Below the pieces are notes generated by a model. It was given only the letters and a program-made list of their open reading frames with translations. It was not told the DNA's origin and searched no databases. A program made the position numbers and the translations under genes. A DNA stretch of 62,361 nt, the filler included, from Chiloscyllium plagiosum (lineage: Eukaryota), in the NCBI RefSeq assembly GCF_004010195.1. It is 3 parts of one record of this genome, joined end to end, with 100 filler letters (N's around TTAATTAATTAA, not from the genome) between each part and the next. Parts side by side here need not be neighbours in the genome. Positions count along the whole stretch, not along the records: positions 30,819 to 57,316 come from NC_057713.1; 2 more parts are not named here. The stretch is one strand, 5' to 3'. The number at the start of each line of letters is the position of its first letter. Position 1 is the first letter of the stretch. This document shows, piece by piece, positions 38,945-51,409 of the stretch.

Positions 38945-41900
38945 AACATAGAACATTACAGCGCAGTACAGGGCCTTCAGCCCTCGATGTTGCGCCAACC
39001 CGTGGAATCAAAATGAAACCCATCTTACCTACACTATTCTATTCTCACCCATATGCTTATCCAATGACCATTTAAATGCCCTTAAAGTTGGCGAGTCTAC
39101 TACTGTTGCAGGCAGTGAATTCCATGCTTCTACTACTCTCAGAGTAAAGAAACTACCTCTGACATCTGTCCTATCACCCCTCAATTTAAAGCTATGTCCC
39201 CTTGTGCTAGCTGACTCCATCCAAGGAAAAAGACTCTCACCGTCCAAACCTATCTAACCCTCTGATTATCTTATATGTCTCAATTAAGTTGCCTCTCAAC
39301 CTTCTCCTCTCTAACGAAAACCTCCTTAGCCTTTTCTTGTAAGACCTTCCATCCATACCAGGCAACATCCTAGTAAAGTGCCTTTGAGCCCTTTCCAAAG
39401 CTTCCACATCCTTCCTATAATACGGTGACAGAACTGTACGTAATCCTCCAAATGTAGCGAGACCAGAGTTTTGTACAGCTGCAGCATGACCTCATGGTTC
39501 TGAAACTCGATCCCTCTACCAATAAAAGCTAATGCACTGTATGCCTTCTTAACAACCCTTTCAACCTGGGTGGCAACTTTCAAGGTTCTATGTACCTGTA
39601 CACCAAGATCTCTCTGCTCATCCACACTACCAAGAATTTTACCATTAGCCTCGTACTCTTTATTCCTGTTACTCCTTCCAAAATAAATCATCTCACGCTG
39701 TTCCACATAAAATTCCATTTGATACCACTCAGCCCAGCTCTGCAGCTTATCTATGTCTCTCTGCAACCTACAACATCCTTCATCACTATCCACAACTCTA
39801 CCGAACATAATGTTATCCACAAATTCACTAACCCATACTTCTTTGCCCTCATCCAGGTCATTTATATAAATGACAAACAACAGTGGACCCTAAACAGATC
39901 CTTGCGGTACCCCACTAGTAACTGAACTCCAATATGAATATTTCCCATCAACCACCATCCAAACTGCAAAATCACTCCTAATCCCATGCCTCTGTATTTT
40001 GTGCAATAGCCTGCTGTGGGGAACCTTATCAAATGCCTTACTGAAATCCATACACACCACATCAATTGCTTTACCCTCATCCACCTATTTGGTCACCTTC
40101 TCAAAGAACTCAGTAAGGTTTGTGAGGCGTGACCAACCCTTCACAAAACTGTGTTGACTATCCCTAATTAACTTATTCCTCTCCAGATGATTATAAATCT
40201 TTTCCAACCTTTTCCAACACTTTACCTACAACCGAAGTAAGGCTCAGAGGTCTATAATTTCCAGGGTTGTCTCTACTTCCTTTCTTCAAAAAGGGAACAA
40301 CATTTGCTATCCTCCAGTCTTCTGGCATTATTCCTGTTGACAATGACGACATAAAGATGAAAGCCAAAGGCTCAGCAATCTCCTCCTGGCTTTCCAGAGA
40401 ATCAGAGGATAAATCCCATTCGGCCCAGGGGACTTACCTATTTTTACACTTTACAGAATTACTAACAAATCCTCCTTGTGAATCTCCATTCCATCTTGTC
40501 CAGTAGCCTGTATCTCAATATTCTTCTCGACTATATTGTCTTTTTCTACTGTGAATACTAACGAAAAGCATTCATTTAGCTTTTCCTCTATCTCCTCTGA
40601 CCCCATGCACAACTTCCCACTCGTATACAGTAAAATGACTATTTTACTGTAGTCATTTTTTTTATTCCTGATATACCAAGAGAAAGCCTTAGCATTTTCC
40701 TTGATCCTTTCCGCCAATGACTTCTCATGTCCCTCCTGGCTCTTCTAAGCTCTCTCTTTAAGTCTCTCCTGGCTAACTTGTAATTCTCAGGTGCCCTAAC
40801 TGAGCCATCACATGTCATCCTTACATAAGTCTTCTTCTTCCTCTTGACAAGCAATTCAACTTTCTGAGTAAACCACGGCTCCCGCACTCGACAACTTCCT
40901 CCCTGCCTGACCTGCAGTAGCTGGTCCTTGAATAAGCTCCATATTTCAATTGTGCCCATCCCCTGCAGTTTCCTTCCCCATCTCATGCATCCTGAATCTT
41001 GCCTAATTGCATCATAATTGCCTTTCCCCCAGCTATAACTCTTGCCCATCACTAACCTAAACATAACTGAATTGTGGTCACTATCACCAAAGTGCTCACC
41101 TCCCTCCAAATCTAATACCTGGCCGGGTTCATTACCCAGTACCAAATCTAATGTAGCCTCGCCCCTTGTTGGCCTGTCTACATATGGTGTCAGGAAACAC
41201 TCCTGCACACATTGGACAAAAACTGACCCATCTAAAGTACTTGAACTAAAGTATTCCCAGTCAGTATTTCGAAAGTTAAAGACCCCATAACAACTGCCAT
41301 GTCACTCTCACTCCTTTCGAGGATCGTCTTTGCTATCTCTGGAGTAGCTTTACATCTCTGGAACTATTTGGAGGCCTGTAGTAAACTCCAAATAGGGTAA
41401 CCTCTCCTTTCCTGTTACTAATCTCGACCCATTCTACCTCAGTACATGAGTCCTCAAATGTCCTTTCTGCAACTGTAATAATTCCATGACTAACAATGCA
41501 CACCACCCCTCTTTTACAATTTTCTCTGTTCTTACTGAAACACCTAAATCCTGGAACCTGCAATAACCATTCCAGTCCCTGCTCTACCCATGTCTCTGAA
41601 ATGGCCACAGCATTGGAATCCCAAGTACCAACCCATGCTGCAAGTTCACCCAACTTTTTTCCAGATGTTCCTGGCGTTGATGTAGGCACATTTGAAACCA
41701 ACTTCTTGCGATCTTGAAGTCTTAGTTCTGACTTCACTACTCTGATCCTCCCATATACTCGAACTACAATTTCTCATCCTCCTATTGAATTAGTTTAAAC
41801 CTACCCCATGAGCATTAGCAAATTTCCCTCCCAGGATATTGGTAGCCTTCTGGTTCAGGTGAAGACCATCCTGTTTGTAGAGGTCCCACCTAATCCAGAA

Positions 41901-43136
41901 TGAGCCCTACTTATCCAGGAATCCAAAACCCCTCTCACCTGCACCATTCCTGTAGCCATGTGTTCAACTCGTCTCTCCCTCTCTCTCTTACTCTCTCTCT
42001 ATTCCTTGCCTCGCAGGCATGTGGCACGGCAACAAAAGTGGTTGTTCTAGCTCTAAGCTTCCACCCTAGCTCCCTGAATTTCTGCTTTCAATCCCCATCT
42101 CCTTTCCTCCCTATGTCGTTGGTGCCTATGTGGGCCAAGACTTGGAGCTCCTCCCTCTCCCCCTCAACAATCCCCAAAACTTGATCAGAGACACCATGAA
42201 CCCTGGCACCTGAGAGGCAACACACCAACAATGAGTCTCGCTTGTTCCCATAGAACCACCTATCTGTCCTCTTAACTATGGAGTCCCCAATGATTAATGC
42301 TCTGCTTCTCTTTCCTCGCTCCTTCTGAACAACAGGGACGTGTGCCAGAGACCTGCACCCCATTTGCTTATCGCTTGTCAGTCCCCCCCCCCCCCAATAG
42401 TATCCAAAACGGTATACTTGTTGTTGAGGGGAACGGTCACAGGGGATCCCTTCTCTGCCTGCTGGTTCCCTTTCTGTCCCTGACGGTAACTCATCTACCT
42501 TCTTCTTTTACCTGAGGTGTGACTACCTCACTGCAACTCCTCTCAATTATCCCCTCTGCCTCCTGAATGATCCAAAGTTCACCCAGCTCCAGCTCCAGTT
42601 CCCTAATGCAGTTTTCGCTGAGATGGGTGCACTTCCCACTGATGCAATCAGCAGGGACACGACTGGTGACTCTTACCTCCTGCAGTGCAGGAGGAACATT
42701 CAACATCCATTCCCACTATTCTAAATTCCCACTATTGAAAAACAAAAAAAAGATACCAGTCACCTTACCAATCAGTGCACAGGGCCTTTTTTGTTGGTTA
42801 GAGGAGGAAGATGGGTGAGAGACACTACCTGAGTAATGTTTTGGGTAAAGCAACCACCCAAATATAAAGCCTCACTTCCCCAGCAGTGCAGTGTTTGGTT
42901 CTGCTCAGTCTGTGCTCTGCCTGGACACGAAACAAACCTTTATATCTTTTAAAATTTACCTTCCCGTCGGGTGTCTGGCCTTCGCTGTCGCTCCATCCAC
43001 TCCAACTGCCGCTGAAAATAAAAATGCAGAATGCTGAAGTCCTGAAGTAAGCTTTTAATATCTTTTACAATTTACCCTCCCGTTGGGCCTCTGGTCTTCC
43101 TGTCACTCCTCCTACTCGAACTGCCACCGAAAAGAA
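38945..43136 (-). mobile_element. Near-full-length CR1 LINE (5' UTR, ORF1 with SGNH esterase, ORF2 EN+RT, 3' tail), pseudogenised
   Basis: IIGDSIVKRTDR..CCLSGAR..HIGTND (esterase), CISGKC..LELEL, AISETW, LDLVLGN..GDSDHN, DFSKAFD..SGVPQGSV, YINDL; tail at 38945. Confidence 0.93.
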
Positions 43137-44238
43137 AATGAATAATGATAGGACCCTGGGTAGTTTTGTCAAACAGAGACACAGAGATGTCATAGTGTCA
43201 AAAAGTGCAGAAAAGGCCCTTCAGCCCCACAGATCTACATTGACTAAAAGAGTGCCAATTTTCTGCACATCCCATATCCCTGAATGTTCTGGCATTTTAA
43301 GTGTTCAGCCTAATATTTTTTAAGGGTTGTAAGGCTTCCAGCCTCCTGTATCTTCCCAGACAGTGGATAAGAGATTCCCACCATCCCTTGAGTGAAAATG
43401 TTTCTTTCTCAAATCCCCTCTGATTCTCTTGCCCTTTACCATAAAACTATGCCCCTTTATGATTGACACCTCAACCAAGGGGAACAGCTACTCTCCTTTG
43501 ACATGGCCATAGCACTCATAATCTTACACACCTCAATCATATCTCCCCCTCAAGTCTTTGTTACTCTAAAGAAAACAATTGAAGCCTTATAGCCCAAGCA
43601 ATATCCTGGTGGAGTTCCTCTAGTGCAATCCAATTCTTCCTGAAGTGTGGTGACCAGAATTGCAGACAGTACTCCCGCTGTGGCTGACCAATGCCCTGTA
43701 CAACTCCAACATTGTAATTGCATACTCTATGCCACGACTGATGAAAGAAAGTGAACCATGTGTCCTCTTAATTATCTTATTCATCAGCAAGGCTGCCTAT
43801 GTGTAGAATCTTAGAAAATGCAGGGGAGATACTAAATGAATATTTTGCATCAGTATTTACTGTGGAGAAGGATATGGAAGCTAGAGAACTTGAAACATGT
43901 CCATGTTATAGAAGAGGTGGTGCTGGACATCTTAAAACATGTAAAGGTGGATAAATCCCTAGGACCTGATCAAGTGTACCTAAAGCTTTGTGGGAAGATA
44001 TTGCTGTGCCCCTTGCTGAAATATTTGTAGCATCGATAGCACAGGCAAGGTGCCAGAAGACTTGAGATTGGCTAATGCATTCTCAATATTTAAGAAGGAT
44101 GGTAAGGAAAAGCAAGGGAACTATAGATCAGTGATGGGCCAGTTGTTGGAGGGAACTCTGAGGGAAGGATTAGCATGAATTTGGAAAGGCAAGGACTGAT
44201 TAAGGATAGTCGAAATGGCTTTGTGCATGGAAAATAGT

Positions 44239-44325
44239 TTAGATCAGAGTGGTGCTGGAAAACCAGCAGGTCAGACAGCATCTGAGGAGCAGGGAAATTG
44301 ACGCTTCGGGCAAAAACCCTTCTCA
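44239..44325 (-). mobile_element. 87-bp PLE family A insert with 13-bp TSD
   Basis: CATGGAAAATAGT at 44226-44238 and 44326-44338; degenerate hammerhead core at the end. Confidence 0.85.
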
Positions 44326-44989
44326 CATGGAAAATAGTGTCTCATTAACTTGATTGAGTTTTTTGAACTCAAATATTTAAAAGGGACTTACAGTGCAGCT
44401 TTTTCAAGCAGACGGTGGTACTTCTTAAATATTGGCAATGCATTAGCCAACCTCAAGTCTTCTAGCACCTCGCCTGTGGCTATTGATGAAATGAGGTGCA
44501 AGAGGAAGTGAAAGAGGCTGGTAAAATTGCAACATTTAAAAGGCATCTGGATGGGTATATGAATAGGAAGGGTTTAGAGGGATATGGGCCAAGTGTTGGC
44601 AAATAGGACTAGATTAATTTAGAATATCTGATTGGCATGGATGAGTTGGACCGAAGGGTCTGTTTCCATGCAGTACATCTCTGACTCTATGTGCTCTGTT
44701 GACTTCAGGGATCTGTGAATAATTACCCTGAAGTCTCTCTGTTCCTTAAGTTACTCAGTGTCCTCCTTCTCATTAAATATTCCGTCATCTTGTTTCTTTC
44801 AAAATGTATCACCTCACACTTACCAGGGTTAAGTACCATCTACCACTCCTCTGCCCATGTGACCAACCCATCTATACCTTCCTGCAGCCTACAACCATCT
44901 TCATTATTAACCATCCTACAAATCATGGTGTCATCTGCAAGTTTGCTTAACATTGCCCCCAACATTTTCATCAGTATCATCTATGTATT

Positions 44990-46199
44990 TATCCTAGGAT
45001 TCTCTGGGAAGCTATCCTAGGATTCTCTGGGAAGCAAGGGAGGAGATTGCAGAGCCATTGGCCTTGATTTTTATGTCCTCGTTGTCTACAGTAGTGCCAG
45101 AAGACTGGAGGCCAGCAAATGTGGTTCCCTTGTTCAAGAAGGGGAGTAGGGATAACCCTAGTAACTATAGGCCGGTGAGTCTCACTTCTGTTGTGGGCAA
45201 AGTCTTAGAGAGAATTGTAAGGGATAGGATTTATGAACATCTGGACAGGAATAATGTGATCAAGGATAGTCAGCAAGGTTTTGTGAAGGGCANNNNNNNN
45301 NNNNNNNNNNNNNNNNNNNNNNNNNNNNNNNNNNNNNNNNNNNNNNNNNNNNNNNNNNNNNNNNNNNNNNNNNNNNNNNNNNNNNNNNNNNNNNNNNNNN
45401 NNNNNNNNNNNNNNNNNNNNNNNNNNNNNNNNNNNNNNNNNNNNNNNNNNNNNNNNNNNNNNNNNNNNNNNNNNNNNNNNNNNNNNNNNNNNNNNNNNNN
45501 NNNNNNNNNNNNNNNNNNNNNNNNNNNNNNNNNNNNNNNNNNNNNNNNNNNNNNNNNNNNNNNNNNNNNNNNNNNNNNNNNNNNNNNNNNNNNNNNNNNN
45601 NNNNNNNNNNNNNNNNNNNNNNNNNNNNNNNNNNNNNNNNNNNNNNNNNNNNNNNNNNNNNNNNNNNNNNNNNNNNNNNNNNNNNNNNNNNNNNNNNNNN
45701 NNNNNNNNNNNNNNNNNNNNNNNNNNNNNNNNNNNNNNNNNNNNNNNNNNNNNNNNNNNNNNNNNNNNNNNNNNNNNNNNNNNNNNNNNNNNNNNNNNNN
45801 NNNNNNNNNNNNNNNNNNNNNNNNNNNNNNNNNNNNNNNNNNNNNNNNNNNNNNNNNNNNNNNNNNNNNNNNNNNNNNNNNNNNNNNNNNNNNNNNNNNN
45901 NNNNNNNNNNNNNNNNNNNNNNNNNNNNNNNNNNNNNGCCGGAGTGGAGTGGGGGCGGAGAGGTCAGGAAGAAGATTGCAGGTTAGGAAGACGGTGCTGA
46001 GTTCGAGGAATTTGTTCATGGAATGCCCTGCCAGTAGCAGTGGTGGACTCTCCCTCTTTATGGGCATTTAAGCGGGCATTGGATAGGCATATGGAGGATA
46101 GTGGGCTAGTGTAGGTTAGGTGGGCTTGAATCGGCGCAACATCGAGGGCCAAAGGGCCTGTACTGCGCTGTATTCTTCTATGTTCTATGTTCTATGTTC
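44990..46199 (+). mobile_element. Young CR1 LINE (spans a gap; PLE fragment at 45938-46017)
   Basis: PEDWRPANVVPLFKKG..NYRPVSLTS; (TTCTATG)n tail at 46175-46199. Confidence 0.9.
45293..45937. other. Assembly gap (645 N)
   Basis: Run of N. Confidence 1.
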
Positions 46200-46395
46200 A
46201 AACAAGACTCCCAACTTACAGTGCAGCACTTCCATTCACTCAAACAGCTTTCGACCACAAACCTTTGTATCCTATTACTAAGCCAGTTTCTAATCTATCT
46301 TGCCAAGTTTTCCTGAATTCCTTGTGCTTTAACCTTTTCAACCAGTCTCCCATGTCAAAAGCTTTGCTAAAATCCACATAAACTACATTAACTGA

Positions 46396-46722
46396 AGATT
46401 AGATTCCCTAGTGTGGAAACAGACCCTTCAGCCCAACAAGTCCACACCGACCCTCTGAAGAGTAACCTACCCAGACCCATTTCTCTCTGACTAATGCACC
46501 TAACACTGGAGGATAGTGGGATAGTGGCCACTATCCATGGCCAATTCACCTAAGCTGCACATCTTTAGACTGTGGGAGGAAACCAGAGTGCCCGGAGGAA
46601 ACCCATGCAGACACGAGGAGAATGTGTAAACTCCACAAGATTGTCACCCGAGGCTGGAATCAAACCTGGGACCCTGGTGCTGTGAGGCAGCAGTGCTAAC
46701 CACTGAGACACTGTGCCACCCC
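46396..46722 (-). mobile_element. HE1-type SINE
   Basis: Reverse-complement head and tail. Confidence 0.9.
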
Positions 46723-47764
46723 AGACACTTATCCAGACACTTGATCACATTTTTGAATAATTCTAACCGATTTGTTAGGCATGACCTCCATCTGATAAAG
46801 CTATTCTGACTATTCCGAATTAACCAAGTGGATATTAATTGTCTCCTTCAGAATTTTCTCCAGCAATTTCCCTACCACTGACATGAAACTTACCAGTTTG
46901 TAATTTCCTGGTTCATCAGTACCGCCTTTCTTGAAAAGTGAAACTACGTTAGCAATTTTCCAGTCTTCTGGCACTTACCCTGCAGCCAAAGAGGAATTAA
47001 GATAGTGTGTCAGAACATTCCTCAAAGTCCTGTCTGAAGCATCTATGTCCTGGAACATTTAGTTGTCAAATCATGCCCTTCCTTCAATGAAATCTCTACT
47101 CTTCCCCATACAGTCTCCAGTTTCACAAACTATCTGGTTCACAACCTGTTCCCAGTCCAGCCACATGTTTTGTTAGCTTTATGGTCAATGTTCTGACAGC
47201 AGCTACTAACTGGCTGAAACATCGGTGTACATAGGTGTCTTAATCGTTTTAATTCTCCCTCCTCCTCTTTCATTACCCAGTCCTGTTCTCGTGTTCGTTA
47301 ATCTCATTGCTTAAGGAGAGTATCTGTTGGTCATTCTGTTAATTTGGATCCCAGAGGCTCTCTTGCCCTCACTGCACCTATCTCTCACCTTCTATAATTT
47401 AGTAAACCTATACATTTTGAACTGATGCTTGCAGAGGTAGCACAAGAGGACAATCTGCGTGCAAATATAAAAGTAAAAGTGATCTCAGCATGAATATCTA
47501 GAGTGTTCCTCTTGCACTAAACTAAGCCAGCAGCACTATAGTGTTTTATAAGGAAGATGCTCACAGCTACCACCACTTGCAGGTAGGCCTGGGCTATAAC
47601 TGACCAGTCGAGTAAGACAACACTGCCAGTGGATAAGTAGGTGATCTTGGTCCTCAGTTTTCTCATGCCAGGATCCACCCAGGCTGCAATGGGCAGCACT
47701 CAAAAGAGTTTGCTGCCCACTACCTAAAAGGGAGGTGACTGACAGTCCTTGTCACCAAAGATCC

Positions 47765-48490
47765 TTTGACAGCACTTTCCAAACCCATAAAAACTTCTGT
47801 CTCAAAGGCAGTAGATCCATGAAAACACTACGATCCGCGAGTTCCTCTACAAGCCACTCACCATCCTGACTTGGAAAATCATTGCTGCTCCTTCACTGCC
47901 ACTGAGTCAAAATACTTGAACTCCCTCCCTGAGACATTGTGAATTGAAAAGTGTGGTGCTGGAAAAGCACAGCAGTTCGGCAGCATCCGAAGAGCAGAAG
48001 AGACGACGTTTCGGGCATAAGCTCTTCATCAAGAATGCAATTTCTGATGGAGGACTTATGCCAGAAATGTTGACTTTCTTGCTCCTGCTCCTTTGATGCT
48101 GTGCTCTTCCAGCACCACACTTTTTGACTCTGGACTTCCAGCATCCCCATTGTGATTCAACTTATGGTACATGGACTGCAGCAATTCAAGAAAGCAGCTC
48201 ACCACCAACTTCTCAAAAGCAACTAAAGATAGACAGTAAGTGCTGGCTACCCAAGAATGCCCGCGTTTCAGAAGTGAATTGAAAAAGAATCACTAGACCA
48301 GCAATCCTGAAACCGAGTTTATGTTCCAAACACAAGGATTCAAATCTCACATTGCAGATGGTGAAATGTGAATTCTGGAATGTACATGTAACTCCAGACC
48401 CACAGTAATGTGGTTGACTCTTAACTATCCTGTAGCTAAGGATAGGCAATACATACTCGAATGCTTATAAGCCATGAACAAATTTTCAAA
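47765..48490 (+). mobile_element. Second-lineage LINE 3' end followed by a related short tRNA-headed element
   Basis: ccactcaccatcctgacttggaa 3' region; 48290-48490 shares cagatggtgaaat and tgtggttgactctt with 12935-13170. Confidence 0.6.
47943..48147. mobile_element. Palindromic PLE family A insert (two opposed hammerhead cores), 8-bp TSD
   Basis: CATTGTGA at 47935-47942 and 48148-48155; arms aaagtgtggtgctggaa / ttccagcaccacacttt. Confidence 0.85.
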
Positions 48491-49146
48491 AAAGACAAAC
48501 AAATTAAAAGCAATTTGTACATTATGTTCTGTAAGACAGAGGACTTCCCTATGATAAGAGGTGCTACTGACTGCACACTAATGATAGTATGAGTATCTAA
48601 GTGAGATGTAGTCATTACAAATGGGCCCTACTCCCAAACATACAGACAGCACATGTACATTTACATTTCACCGTAAATTGAACACTGGTATACAAGCTCC
48701 TCAGTTCAAGAGAATTGAGGATGAGCACAAAACCCTGGCCTCGCCAGTGATGACTGCAACCCAAGAAAAAACAGATAAAGACAGACTGAAAAGAGGGGCC
48801 AGTACATTATGGGAGGATGCATCTTCAATGGTTTGGTCACACCATTGGCCATTGCCTCAATTGTGGCTGCTCTGATGATAGCCAGTGAATTTCCTTCATG
48901 GGATAAGGACATGCAACATTCTTATTCTCAATAGTTAAATGATCTCTCTCCAGTTACATTGTTCAACCAAGAGAAGAGAAAAATGCGTCAGTGAGCGTGG
49001 TGCATTTGTATGACACGCTTGTCTTTGGAGCTACTATATTAAGATGCATAAGAATTAGTTGAGGTTGTGGATTTTTAAAAAACATTCACAAGTTGGGTCA
49101 ACCTCGGATGCTGCCTGAACTGCTGTGCTTTTCCAGCACCACTAAC

Positions 49147-49455
49147 CCATTGCCCATCCCTTAATTAGTCAGAGGGCGGTTGAAAGTCAACCTCATTGTA
49201 GGTTTGGAGTCACATGTAAGCCAGACCAGGTGAAGATGGCAGGTTTCATTCCCGTTAATGAGCCAGATGGATTTTTAATGACAATCGACAATGGTTTGAT
49301 AGTCATCAGTCAATTGTTAATTCGACACACTTTTTCTTGAATTTAAATTTTTTCATCTGCCGGGGTAAGATTCAAACCTGAATCTGGATCCCCAGAACAT
49401 TAGTTGAGTTTCTGGATTCATATTCTAGCAATAAAACACTAGGCCAGCACCTCCT
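49147..49455 (-). mobile_element. Short tRNA-headed SINE-like element (not HE1)
   Basis: Reverse complement of the 12852-type head (ccccagaacat..tctggatt) joined to the second-lineage LINE 3' tail (attgcccatccc); preceded by a PLE-A scrap at 49103-49143. Confidence 0.6.
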
Positions 49456-51409
49456 TATTAGATATGAATTGTGGTTAATAAGTAAAGGAACAGGGGATGG
49501 TGAATTAAGCATCTGTAGCTCATTGACTTTTGAAGCTATTATCACTGATTTTCACCACTTGTGTAAAGATATTGAATTTTTTACAACACTTAAAGGTGGC
49601 AGTCATGGCACCTACAAAAACCAAACCATTACAACATTAGTTTATGTTATGTTGTCAAATTTCTCGAGTGACACTTAAGTCTACAACCTTCTAACTCATG
49701 CAAGCGTGCCACCACTCATACCAAACTTAATTTTCACTATTGTCATTAATTATTGTGATACTTGATTGAACTGTAGTAATAAGCAAATGAATTGAAGGTT
49801 ACAAATTATAGATGCTTATTAAAATAATGCAAATGCAATCTTGAATTCACTATTCTGTAGCAGTACCTTCCTGGAATTGACTAATTCATTTAATTTGCCA
49901 TGCCAATATTCAAGTCTAAACTGGGAGCAATAAACTGGATTTTTACACTAAAGGCATAAACCACTATCTATTTGATGTGCATATTGTTTTCAAATGATCC
50001 ATTACAATTTGTCATGGCAGTCAGTTTTTAATTTCATGTAATTAAGTTGCTGTCACAGATTAACTGATCATTTGGCTTTGATTTATCAGTTAGAAAAATG
50101 TAATTATTTATCCTATTTTAACCAATATGAAGTTTCTTTTTAAATAATTCTTGCCCTGATGATATTTGATAAACGTGTTTGTCCTTGAAAGATTGTTTCT
50201 TTGCAAGTGATTTTAGTTTAAAGCACAATTGACATCTCCATATTATCTTACTACACTTTAAATTAAACTGTTTTAAAATGTTATATTTTCCATTGTTAAG
50301 CAGCTGTTATTTGTGCAGAAATTATGATTTGAGTTTATCATCCATAGTCTGATCAACAGTCCTAACTACTGTCTCTGTGAAATCATCACAACTTTTTACA
50401 ATATAATAATATAATTCATTACACATGAAATGTGACTTGGAGATCAGATGTCAGTCTATATTGGTTTATTTGCCTTGGGAGGGAGGAAAGTCCAACTTTA
50501 GGACAGCCTATAAATGCAAATAGGTCGAGCAAACTACTCTCAGTTGGTGTGTCAGCAATTTAAATACTTCGAATGAGTCTGGGTATTTCAGGAGCCTTTT
50601 ATTTTTGCTGAAAGGGTTTCCATGGTTGAAAATATCCAATAATTAAGGGAATACCAGATTGATCAGATAGTGTCTCTTATGAAACAAATTATGAATCTGA
50701 AAGAGCAGAGGTAGGGTTCTGTGACCCTCATCTCTTCACCACATCTGCATGATCTGTCATCTTTTCTTAACTCCCTCCCATTATCCACCCCCGTTGTCCC
50801 CCCCCCACCCCACCCCACCCCCACCTCTCCTCTGCAGTGTAGGTCAGCAAGCATTGGGTGATGGCAAACAAGACAGAAGTAAAATGGCGTGGTGAAGTTC
50901 AGAAAGATTGGAGGCATGGATGAGGATTTGAACTGCAGATGAGATGATGTATGTTTGGAGTTGGATCATATTATAGAGGTGAAAACAGGTGATCTTAGAG
51001 ATGGTACAGACATGTAGGCTTAATAGAAAGTTATCTTAGGGTCAAAGATGATAACATTATGCAGCAATTTGGGACAATTGCCAATAAGGGGATTGATGTT
51101 AGTACTGAGAACCAGAGTTCATAGCAGGAACTAAAGACAAGGACTTTTGTCTTCCCAATATTTAATGAGGGGAAATTTCTGCTTATCCTGGGTTGGACAT
51201 TGTATTAGCATTCTTAAAAGTTTAGTGAGAATGTAAGAGTCAAGAGAGATAGAAGTGAAGTAGAGACAATTGCCATTAGTGTAGTTAAAAAAAACCTAAT
51301 GGTTTGCTTTTATATGATGCTACTAAGAGGCAACATATACATCAAGAAGAAGAGGTGGTGATTGATAAATGCTTGCAGGCACCATTTTCATGTTATACTT
51401 TGGCTCTGA

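Larger units (their letters stand above)
43185..47400. mobile_element. Old minus-strand CR1 split by two plus-strand CR1 inserts (43786-44690 and 44990-46199) and a SINE
   Basis: Minus pieces are collinear across the inserts (3' end at 43185; FADD-like codons near 44930; FSKAFD near 46360). Confidence 0.75.

Noticed and set aside
45058..46071. Longest ORFs (337 aa and 265 aa)
   Set aside because: They are open only because they read through 645 N.
47690..47719. 9-bp stem hairpin TGGGCAGCA..TGCTGCCCA
   Set aside because: Short and isolated, with no ncRNA context.
48621..48935. 84-aa ORF, an overlapping hydrophobic frame and GTGATGA/CTGA boxes (snoRNA-like)
   Set aside because: No recognisable homology, and no terminal stem for a C/D snoRNA.
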